NCBI GenBank assembly: GCA_002633005.1
Contig: NMRA01000095.1
Span: 963,054 to 1,027,053, forward strand
Direction of reading: 5' to 3'
Source of the DNA: Phoronis australis
Lineage: Eukaryota > Animalia > Phoronida
DNA length: 64,000 nucleotides
The notes under the pieces were generated by a model. The model made no database searches, was not told the origin of the DNA, and was given only the letters and a program-made list of their open reading frames with translations. Both the position numbers and the translations under genes were made by a program. Shown here piece by piece: positions 1 to 11,600 of the stretch. Position 1 is the first letter of the stretch; each line of letters begins with the position of its first letter.

Positions 1-456
1 GGCTCAAACATGTACCCACCCACTGAATGTCCGTGAAAAAATTCCTCGTCACCACTGCTGTGAACAAGGTCTCCGTCACTCACACTACTGTCACTGTGAT
101 ACGGGTCACCGACTCCAGCCATTTTCAGCTTACAACACACTAAACAATCCCTAAATCCAACGCAGTTGAGTTCTCTACTAACCTATCTTGCCGCAGAATA
201 CTCGCCGATGGAAAGTGGTGGCGACAATTGGTGAAAAATAGCACAAAACAAAAGTAGAATAGAACAGATTCGCACAGTAAGCTCAACGCAAAACCAAGTG
301 GCGGGAAGCGCTTGCCTCCTAAAACCTCACTTCCGGAAAAGCGGACGAGTAATTAATAAAATTACGAAAAGCTGTAATTAAGTGAAAAATATGTCTAGGA
401 TAACCAACCAACCTTATTTTAGCTCAAAATGACATGGAAAAAGGTTGCCTTCGCCT
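1..456 (-). mobile_element. Kolobok DNA transposon copy (KolX-side end), cut by the window start; inverted relative to the copy at 7730-9416
   Basis: Reverse complement closely matches 7730-8186. Ends ...GGTTGCCTTCGCCT|TTAA (TTAA 457-460). KolX ATG at 122 on the minus strand (...GGYMFEP). Confidence 0.85.
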
Positions 457-645
457 TTAATTTTGCAAAACGGTGTGTACACATTTCAAAGCAATGAGCT
501 ATACTCCTGGTATAGTTCATTGTTAAAAGTAAACAAGGAAATCCGGTGGCCAAAATGTTACCCAATACAACTCCCAGTCAGGTCAAAAGATCGCTGTAAA
601 TCTGTGCTCTTTCACAGAGGTCGTAACACAAACAAACCGTTTACG

Positions 646-1020
646 TTTGTGGGAATTTGCGCCCTGGTTACGAAACACGCGTACAAGGAAACGCTCATGT
701 GAAAAGCTCTTCTGTTGTTCATCTACGGAACAACTCGCGTTCTTCACATGGTAAGTGGATGCTATAAAAACTCCCAAGTAATCATAAGGAAATGCACTTA
801 ACACCGAATATTAGCAACATACATTGTCACCTACAGAATACAAAATATGTATCTTTCGTACTGGCGCACACCAGTGACGGACAATTCACTTGAAATTGAA
901 AGGGACTATTAATCCGTATTCTATCACAAAAAGTTTTGATTTAGATGACAAAAATCAGGGCATTGGTATCAATTTGTTCATTTAGTTAAAATTGATGTCA
1001 ATAGGAGTTCAAAAGAAAAG
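646..1020 (+). repeat. Non-coding block paralogous to 45913-46250, upstream of each VWDE-like gene
   Basis: Collinear matches such as tttgtgggaatt, tacaaggaaacgctca, tattagcaaca and cagtgacgga occur at both loci. Confidence 0.75.
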
Positions 1021-3406
1021 ACTGCTCTATAGGGAAATCACACTTTGCACACCCAGATACCACTTTCCCCTGATCTGAGCTCTGATAAAGGAAGTGGAAT
1101 ACTAGAATTTATTTTAGTTATTCAAAAGTTCAATTCTTGGACGAAACGCAGGTTTCTCTGATTAGAACCACAAAAAGAACCTATACGCCGTTCACCAAAG
1201 TACCACCCAGTCACAAGTCATTGTCATTGCCTTGATTTAATCTACATGCACAACAATCATGGGGCACAACCGTTCATTTTCTTGTGATTATAATATTTCT
1301 TGATCAAGCGTACTCAAGTCAGTACCACCTGTTGTTTCTACTGCGAGGGGGGGGGGACAGTTGCAGTTCTGGCGTATATAATGCACGTAGTTCCCAGTAC
1401 CGCACGTTAAATCCGAACGGCTGACCTATTGCTGCCCAGTCAAATTACGCATCGCACTGAACATTTTTTCTAACTTCACATTGACGTCATTTATCATCAA
1501 AAATTTGCAAGGTCGGGACCATAACTGAATTCACAATAGAATTGCATTGCACTCAATTTTTACCGTCACTCTGGCGTTCATCTGACTTAGCTTTTAATCG
1601 TGGAAGTGGTGTGGGAAGACATCTTTGAATAAAATGATAAAAGCAGTATTTTTCATTTTCTCAAATATGGTTATATGAAATGCAGTTTTCAACACTCAGG
1701 AATGACGAACACATACACGCACACACACTGTTTATGTATCGATAATGATATTCAGTTTACACCATGCACTGCCCAAAGTTATCGAAATCCCTGTTCGTTG
1801 ACGTGGCTAAACGAAACTGCATTTGTCACGTCATTTAAATAAACAAGTTGCGTTCCCGACCCAAGCTGACGGTTCATTTCCTTGAAAGCTTAAATTGATA
1901 TCATTCGGTTTCCTTGTCGAAGTCACAGTGAGTTACAAACAGAGATGGCAGCAAAATTTTTAGCCCAAGCGATATTTTGGTGTGTATTGATAAGTATCAC
2001 GGCAGGTAAGATGTTTGCTTTTAAAAATTTTTAGATTTGAATACAAATGAGTGCAACATCGATAATATAATAATCTTAAACTCGCCAAGCTCGTTCTTTC
2101 AGTTTTCGTAATTTTCAAAGTAACTGCTATCAGCCAATTCATGTACACAGTCAACTAATCAACGTCTGCCACTGACGTAACCTCCGGCGGGAAAACAAAG
2201 AAATCATTGATATTTCTTTCATATTCAAGATTCAATTATTCCCAAAATAAGTGCTTGTTTAGCTAGATTTTTGTGTTTAATATGATCGAAAATCTCAAAA
2301 AGTACAAAAGTCTATTGTTGGCACGCTTTAATATGTTCATAAAGCAAAGAAAATGTCAGCTGCACTTTTCTTATGGGGGAGAATTGGTATACCTTCAGGT
2401 AGAAAATCAGAGAACATATTAATTCTTTTCATTTCTTTGTGCCGAAAACGATCTTTCAAAAACAACAAAAAAGCCGAATGAATCTTTTCCTTTGGAAGAT
2501 ACTCGAAACTCAAATGATGGAAATGACGGTAAAAGTGCAGACTAATTTTCTTTGAAAGACAAACTGGTGCTATCGTCCTTCGGGCAAGGGATGTTGTGTG
2601 CTAGGAGGTCGCACTCCGCCATCTTGCCTTTCGCCACAATGGTTATTGGTCGAAAAACTAGCGTCCCAAGCGGCGAATAAGCCAATTTAACTTTGCGAGG
2701 TTGTCCTAACCATGTAAACACTGATAAATTCATACTTTAACGACGTTTGACGTGCAATAAAATTACTTTGTGATTGAAAATGGGTAAAATATGTATATTT
2801 AAAGTCTTTTTTAATCAAGTGAGAATGAAAATGCGTGTTTTAGTAAATAAGTGTAATCAACAGTAAGATTTTTGCCTTTATCTTATGAAGCTCTCTTCCA
2901 GTCAAAAACCATAGTTTCGTTTCATGTTTGAGTTTTCAATAAGACAAATTACCTTTCCTATTTACATTTGATACCTCCATGGACTACTTAATTTCAATAA
3001 TTATTCCCGGAGTTCAGGCAGCAGTTGCTCCAGGTGGCACCGGAAGGGGGTTCATGGGAGGAGTGCAAAACGGAAAAAAACCAGGTGGGCGCCAAATGGG
3101 TGCTGACCTTTCCCCAAAGGGTTAAATGGGAGGAGTGCAAAACAGATAAAAATGGAGGTGTGTGGCACATTGGTGTTGACTTGGCCCCTGCCGTCGTAAC
3201 AAATTTTGGTTGAATGATCCTCCTAACCACTGATAACATGTGCTGAGGTGGTGATAAGATTTGGTTTCCGTTTTGTCTATGCTCCCAAGGACTCTTTGGA
3301 GTATGACGAGGTCCATGCTCCTATGGTTATGTTAGTACCGACTTTTCATTACAAGTGTCGATCAAATAATAATTTTAGGTCTGCCTCGCATCCTTGGCGA
3401 TTAGAT

Positions 3407-3780
3407 TATAAATCGGTAAATAAAACAACAAGAATGGATCAACTGAAATTTGAAATTTTCGGATGTAACAACTTCCTTTATCAACAAAAACAGAAATAAA
3501 GTAAAATCAAACACAAAATGACAATTGACATATAATATATGGTGTAATGAAAATGATACATTTTTGCGTAAAAAATTCAATGACATATTTTAAGAAGTTT
3601 TTATGTTCAATCCATGAGGTTCTATTGTATTCAGTTTGTCTATCCAATATTGGATATGTCAATTGTCATTTTGTGTTTGATTTTACTTTATTTCTGTTTT
3701 TGTTGATAAAGGAAGTTGTTACATCCGAAAATTTCAAATTTCAGTTGATCCATTCTTGTTGTTTTATTTACCGATTTATA
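3407..3780. mobile_element. MITE/foldback element with a 127-bp apparently perfect inverted repeat
   Basis: 3407-3533 is the reverse complement of 3654-3780, with a 120-bp spacer. Both ends read TATA. Confidence 0.8.
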
Positions 3781-5395
3781 TTCTTCATTTCTTGAAACAA
3801 TAGTATCCTTGGGAGGATCTGGATCGCCTTATTTAGTGTCAGATATATATTTTCTACGTTATTTATCATCCTGGCGATTAGAAGTATTCGTTCGTACATG
3901 TACTCACAGCCGTGGGCGACTGCTTCTTATCTTGGGCCAATAGGTACATTAAATGCTTTAACTCGACTCGTTCATACATTTGAGGCTCTGGGAGTGTGAT
4001 TGTTGCCGTCTCTGGTCACATTGACCCATGGTCATTGGCATGTTATTCTAAATTATCCCTGTAATCGTTCGGGTAATTTACAAGTTGACATTTTGACACA
4101 AAATGAGAGGCAATTTATCATTTATTGATTAACAAATAATCCTTGCCTTTCTAGATCCTTAGGAAAGGTAAACAATGGCAATTCTATTGTTTTCGTGGAT
4201 GAATTTGTGCAATTTATTGCGCTACAAAAGGCGCCTTCCTATTGTCCTCATGCTTAGTACGTGACCACTCCTTACTACGAGGTGCGAGTAGAAGTGATAA
4301 CAACGACTCACCTGTGAACGCTACTACACATAGTGTAGTATCGGACGGACCCTAAATATCGGACATAAAATACAATCTTACTTGAAGTGTAATCTGAGAA
4401 ATAAATTACCAATTCTTATTCCGCTGTAATGCATTCTAGCGTTGTCTCGTTTTGATTTCACCAAGAGAGGGTGCAATTTAGACCCCGAAGTCGACCTAAA
4501 GCAGACGATCTCCTTAAGTGGTTATAAAAGTTGAAACCATCTCATTGAATTGACAATGTGTCACTGTTTTATTTTTCATTTGTTTTTTGAACTCAAGTCA
4601 AACCCCAGCCGTGCACGAGCGGATGTCATATCAAGAAAGCAAAAAATACTAAAAATTACAGTGTGTCTGCACGTGCTTTACTCGTCTGCACTGACGGATT
4701 CATCGAAATGTCTTGACGCTGTCATCAGGTTTCATTTTATGCATAATTTTGTTGCGAATGGAGCTGTGTTCTAGCAGCTTATATTATGCCAAAACACTCG
4801 AGCTGAAATTGGCTACAAGGTGCCCGCGGACATTACTCGGTTATTCAGCTTTCCGCGGTGTGCCGTATTTACGTTCTCAAAGGTTTGTTAGTTGTGTTTT
4901 TTAAAGACCAGTCATAACATAAATGTGGCACTCGGTGAAAAGATATAGTAACAGAACAATTTCGTAAAGTTAAGTCTTTACTTCAGCAAAGAATTTACAA
5001 CAATTCGTAGTATTTTCAATTAAGTATAATGCAAAATGTGCCAAAACGTTCGATAATTAGGTCACTTGACTGTATCGTACTGCAATCCTTGCTACATGTA
5101 CTCTGAGCGCCACCTGTGAACAACTGAGGTGAAATCGTTGCGATATCTGCAATGTGAATGCTCGTGAACACTATTGCCCTGCAATGAAATGCAGCAATAA
5201 TCAAACCTGTCAGTTTTTAGTTTCCAAACCCAGTTGTTTTTATTTAGTATGCACTAATATTGATATATTCTATGTCAAGTTGCGTGTATTGTATGCTGGG
5301 TATTGCGGAATTTGAGACGGAATCTTTAAACAGGTTTCGTGAGTACATGGTTTCCCCTATATTTGTGTCATTAAAAATCACAAATGTTATTGCAG

Positions 5396-5605
5396 GTGGT
5401 GCACAGCAATGTCCAGCGTACGTTACGCTGAAGAATCAAGAGTTTAGGAATACCTTTTATGAACCTGGTGCTGCAGACACATTGCATTGTGACAGGTCTC
5501 TCGTACCGGGCTGGTACCGCTTCCAGTCGTCAGCTGGCAGCACAGTGCCAACTTCTTGTGTCGAGCTCTATCACTGCGGTACTAAATTTCCAGTGTGGAT
5601 GATGG
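5396..5605 (+). CDS. Gene 1 exon: D8C (UMOD/GP2/OIT3-like) domain, first half
   Basis: tgcag|G...ATGG|gtaag; CDRSLVPGWYRFQSSAGSTVPTSCVELYHCGTKFPVWMMG. Confidence 0.92.
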
Positions 5606-8600
5606 GTAAGTTGTGATAGCTCTCGTCTCTGGCATATTAGAGCTTTTCATCTGACGTGTCATGCATTACTTAGGAAGATTAGATTCCGATTCGATGGCGT
5701 CCCAGTGAGGAGAGCTCGTATATTTCACTCGTTCACCCCAAAGAACCAGAGATCTTGTACTGGGGCTGATTTGGTTAAGCAAACCAAAAAGCATTTTTGC
5801 TGTCGAGAGAAGAAACGTGTAATAATTTATTGTGTGCTAATATAAACCTCATATTTGCCCTCTACACGCGTGCTTGTTTCAGCGACCATTGAGTGAATTA
5901 CACCAGGTTTCAAAAACAAACAAGACGTACCGTACTCGCAAAGTTTTTGTAACATGCTAGTCTAAATGACCTTGTTTAACAACATAATCTTTGCTCCAGT
6001 GCAACTTGATTCCTATCGTAATATTTGTGAAGAAAACTCCATTTTAAGTGAAATGCATAAACTTGCATTTGAGCTATCATATTACGTTCATTACAAATGT
6101 GAAAACAGATATTTTACTTGCAGGTGAAATACCTTCCGTAGAAGATGGTCCTGTAACGCGAGTGTTTTGCGTAATGGGGAGCACTTTTCCTTGTAAGATT
6201 TGCCAAGAACAACGAAGTGTTTGTTGCGATGATCTGTTACAAATTGAAGTGCAGAACTGCAGTTCCACAGAAGAATACGTACTCTATAATTTACCAAGAG
6301 TATCCGGTTGTCCTGTAGCATTTTGTGCCGGTACGTTTTGACCAAATGTGGTCTTCTTTCTTGTATAAAGGTACGAGCTTGTGCTACGAATTCACCACCA
6401 AATCTGACCCAGGTCTTTCTTAACATGGTTTTAAGGCACTGAAAATATATTTATTGCGCGTGAAACCATGCAGGTGTTAACCTCTGATTTCACTGCACAA
6501 CCTATTTAAACGATCGATAGACAACATTTTACTTGTTCACAAACAAAATACGACTTCATTGCAAAGTTGATATCTGGAGCATTACTTATATGTAGGGATC
6601 ATACCTTTAAACAACAGTTTGATACTTACTTTGAAGAAAATATTTCATTCTCTGGCTGCTGCCTCATACTTATCTGGCTGCCGCCACTTAATTATCGTAA
6701 TTGATTGAACTACTTCCGAAGTGTCGCTTTCGTATGGAAATGTGAAATGTTTGATATGTACAGTACATCTACAGTGTTTTCATATGATGTTACCAATAAC
6801 GTTATCCGCCATGTTGGAGTACAAACATTTGAGTATGTTTGCCGTATCCTGAAGCAAAGTCACTTATCTTTGCTGCCTTCTCGGCAGAATTTATCGGAAT
6901 AATATTTGATTTCGTAGTAAAAGCTGTATTGAATCTACTTTGATTCTAACCTGATTGTTTTTTTTTCAATTTCGAATGAACTTATAAAAGTACATGTAAA
7001 TTCCCACGTGTTTCAGGATCTGCCAACCTGTGTCCTCCTAACACGTATTCGCCCACCGGATTCCAACCAGGGTGCACAGGTAAGTTTCAAGTATGCTCAT
7101 TACTGTATTTCTCGTTCAAAATAACAACGTACACCAATGGAGGACTTACCGAGATTCCGTGCAGACATCTTAAGGTGAAAACTTATGACACACTTACCGT
7201 CACTTAAGTTTCATCGAAGCATGATATGATTTTATTTCCGTTGCTAGAAAGAACACTGAAACTATCGGCGAATCAAAAACGCTTCAAATGTTATTAAAGT
7301 TTACCAGCCTTAAACTGCATGAAATTGACTTCGCTTAGCTCGTGAATTGAGTTGACAGATCATTCGGTGGGGTCGGCAGGCAAAGGTTTGCCACGTGCAC
7401 CCCTCCCCGAACACAAACGTCCAGAAGAGACTGTCAACTCGTCGTCGTTAAGAAGCACCAAAACGTGATTAAGTGCACTGTCAAGCTTGTAGGCATTCAC
7501 CATCTCAAGGTAGGGAAACATTTATGCCTGGTCAAATTTAGAAAAATACCGGCTGACTACAAATTAGGAACTTTTCAATTTTGGGATGAAAATTTCCAAA
7601 GAAAAACAAACGAGTAGTTTTGCTGATGCGTCGCCATTTTGTCATAGGCAAAGTTTTCTTTCTGGTCAAAAGAGGGCACTAAGAAGGAATGTAAAAGAAA
7701 TTAAAGTCAGGTGTGCATGCGTGCTTTAAAGGCGAAGGCAAACTTTTTCATGTCATTTTGAGCTAAAATAAGGTTGGCTGGTTATCCTAGACATGTGTTC
7801 CACTTAATTACAGCTTTTTGTAATTTTATTAATTACTCGTCCTCTACTGCGGAAGTGACGTTTTAGGAGGCAAGTGTTTCCCGCCACTTGGTTTTGCGTT
7901 GACTTTACCGTGCGAATCTGTTCTATTCTACTTTTGTTTTGTGCTGTTTTTCAAAAATTGTCGCCACCACTTTCCATCGGCGAGTATTCTGCGGCAAGAT
8001 AGGTTAGTAGAGAACTCAACTACGTTGGATTTAGGGATTGTTTAGTGTGTTGTAAGCTGAAAATGGCTGGAGTCAGTGACCCGTATCACAGTGACAGTAG
8101 TGGGAGTGACGGAGACCTTGTTCACAGCAGTGGTGACGAGGAATTTTTTCACGGACATTCAGTGGGTGGGTACATGTTTGAGCCCGAGTATAACGAGGCA
8201 GAGTACGCACAGGCACAGGCAGCTGTTGAGAGAAACGAGGCGGCTACTGAGGACAGACGTGGTGACACATCTTGGTGCAAATGCACTGTGTGCGTTGTTA
8301 TGCCTACCTCAATGGAATGCTTGTGCTGTTCAGAGTTCGACGAGGCCAAGCCACTACTGGACATGGTTAAGTGGACCTCCGGCATACCACGGACAGAGGA
8401 ACAACTGTCCCACTTGCCAGAGTGTCCCGCGACACACTCCCACTGGATGGTGACCTGAGCACCCAAACTGCTTACATCGTGTCGTGTGACTCCCTCGCCA
8501 CACACCTGGCACCTTCTAAATAGCTCCAACACTTTAGACAAGTCCACAATAAACTTATCAAAGTTTGGCTCACCGATCTGTTCACTGGACGACGAACTGT

Positions 8601-11600
8601 CCTCTTCACTGGGTGTCGAACTGAGCCTGTAATCACTCCCACTACTCAATATCGCTGCAGGGCTGCTTAGAGGCTCTGGGCTGGAGAAAACAGCACAGGG
8701 CGAATCACTACTGGTTCCAGGAATTGCACGCTCTGGGGTACGTTCGGAGGCACGGGTGACAGTAGATGAAGTGCCTCCACTGGCTCCAGTCACTGTACTG
8801 GCCACAGCTCGCGAGGCTTCTCTCTTCAAAAACGCACTTCTCGCGGGTGGCGACGGGGCACTACAGGGAATCAACATGGACGGAATGGCATCCTTCTTCA
8901 GGTGTTGTTTCGCAGGGACCTTCATCAGTTCTGCGTACAAATCCCTTTCGTAATCGGACGGCAGAAAGTGCTTGCCACACACACGGTAATTCTCGACTGC
9001 TTTGTACGTTGCGTGGACGGGTAACGCTGCGTTCTTCACACGAACGAGCCAAGTACGGCGAAGTGTGCCATCCATCGGAAAGCGATGCTAAGGTACTCCC
9101 AAAGCGTGAGACGATAATTAGTACATCCTGGTACGCAGCAACAGTGTGGCATGTTGACTGATTAGTAAATGAAAGCAAACGACGACGTAACTTAACACAA
9201 CCGAGGTAGAACAATAACTGACTCGGCAGCTCTCACAGTCAGACTATAAGAAAAGAAATTGGCGCGAAATGCTTGCCTCCTAAAACGTCACTTCCGGAGT
9301 AGCGGACGAGTAATTAACAAAATTACGAAAAGCTGTAATTAAGTGGAAAATATGTCTAGGATAACCAACCAACCTTATTTTAGCTCAAAATGACATGAAA
9401 AAGGTTGCCTTCGCCTTTAACTAAGACCAGAAATTTGCTAGCCAAGCATCTAAAATAAAAAAGAATTGCGTCAGATGAGCGAGAATTTTCCGAGCTTAAT
9501 GATAAGGTCGCGTGACAATCGGTGCCTTGTTAGTAGAACCAGTAATCTTATCATTGTCGTTATCATGACATTTTACAGCAGGTCACGTGACGAGCTTTGT
9601 ACTCAATAGATCAACAGGATCAAGTATTGCTAATGCATGATGACAATCGGCAAGCTATATGTTGTTACTTTTAAGCTGTTACGGGTGGCTGCTGGGCTTA
9701 TTGTTTAGTTTTGATACGCTATATGTGTTATGCATGTATCCAATTTTGGTGTCAAAAATCGGCGCTTTATGATTTTGGTCAACAAACGCACAGTCATCTT
9801 TCAACATGTGTAATTTGCACATTTTTCTCTGAAGCGTCTGTGTTCAGGTGGCTGTAACGAATATGCAGATTTGTAGTAAGCAAGGAGCAAACTGTACAAA
9901 ACGCGAATTGTTCTAATAATTTAACAATAACTTCATTAAAAACTTTGTTGAACACTATTTATTGGTTTTGAATTTGAATTTTATTGACATATGTTATTAC
10001 ATAAGACAGGCTGAACTTGAAATGCATACCAAAACATTATTTTGAAATGCACATGTTCATGTATTTACCATAAAAACAAGCAGTCGGTGACAGTTGCGTG
10101 TTGTGTTTGATCAGGAGAAGTAGACTCAGCGTCTGCTTTACAGCTAAGGTTAGGGCTGGGTTAATAGTTAAATTAGATGCACTGAGATCAAGGTAGACAA
10201 TGAGGAAGAGAGGGGCTCGGACTCAGTTGAATGACCATAAAGTCATGTATTTGTTTACTGCTAACAGTATGAACCCGGATCTGCTCTTATGTCAAACAAT
10301 CTTATTCAAATTGTTTAGAGAAAAAAAAAATCATAATCTCACAAATCTGAAGTTGAAGAGCAATTATAAAGCAGCTTAGAATTACTTGGCGTTTTTTCTG
10401 GTTTTGAGCTGTTCCTCAATACATAATTTGTTGAGTGCCACCTAGCGAAAAATAGCGAAATGACAACCCCTGAAGTGATGGCCGTGGTTGTGCACTGTAG
10501 AATTATGGGACAAATCTTACGACTCCCGTCCCGTATGTGAAAATTTCTCTCCACAAGATTCTTGCACTACAAAACACAATCCAGAGTTCATTACTGGAGT
10601 TTGTACTATGTTCAGCGTTATCAAAGCAAAAAATCCTATGTTATGACGTAATTGTTTCTTGTGTTGTAGGTGACCGTGCTACATACAATGGGTCTGTAAC
10701 GGCTTCTGCTCATGCCGGAAAACGACCTGACGAGTATCCCGAAACAGGCGATTTCCGGGAAAATTGGTTTCGAAACCATCTGACGATCAAAAACAAAAAA
10801 GAAATTCAGTTCCATTGCAACATTGCTGATGACAACTCAGTAAACTTTGCGAAGCTGTTTTTTAACGTTCGTTGGTTTATCAACGATGTTGAATTTGCAT
10901 ATAATGAACTGGGTGCAGGTGAAACTGTTTCGATTCTACACGAGTACCAATGGATAACAAGGACTGGACCAAGAGTTAAATTGCCATTTAATGTACGTAA
11001 TTGTCAACTTGAATTGATTCAAAACAACAATCACTAACTAAAACCATATTTGTAATGATCGTGAAACTTGATAGCTAACACTGAGGAGGTGATAATGCGG
11101 GAGAAATGTGGTGATGATGATAAAGTCGAAATATCGTGACTGGTGGTGTCCGCAATAGTAGAGGTAGTGGTGGAGCGTTGATAGTGAAATGATTTGTGGT
11201 AGCGAGGCTGGTGGTAGCCGTCCTTGTGGAGACGTTCGGGATGGAGTTGAGAATGGTTGTGCTTGGAATGGTGGTGGACTGTCATAAAGATAGTGAGAAT
11301 TACAGTTGTAGGAGTAAACGTGGTGGTTATAGATAAAGTTGTGTTGGTGAGGCACGCAGAGAGGATGGTGGCTTTTGTGGCGGTTGTGTTAGTGAGGGTC
11401 ATAGGGAGGGTGCTGGTTGTCAGGGCGGTGGTTTTTGTGAAGGTTGTAGTGAGAGGGGTGATTGTAGAGTAGAGGTGGTGAATGTTATTGTGTAGATGAG
11501 AGCCGTAGCAAGAGTCAGTGGTTGTCGTGACGGTAGCGATGATAAGTGGTGGTTTTGAGGTAGGAGGATAACGAGAGGTTTTAGAAATATTGCCCTCGAT

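Larger units (their letters stand above)
7730..9416. mobile_element. Internally deleted Kolobok DNA transposon in an intron of gene 1
   Basis: TTAA at 7726-7729 and 9417-9420. Termini AGGCGAAGGC...GCCTTCGCCT (5'-RR...YY-3'), imperfect TIRs of about 150 bp, convergent KolX (+) and THAP-transposase (-) remnants. Confidence 0.9.

Noticed and set aside
4175-4281. Candidate signal-peptide exon for gene 1 (MAILLFSW...)
   Set aside because: An in-frame stop precedes any suitable phase-1 donor, so it cannot be joined to 5396.
8149-9075. 308-aa ORF as an intact THAP gene
   Set aside because: The THAP start is broken by a frameshift and a stop, and the C-terminus is antisense KolX read through a deletion.
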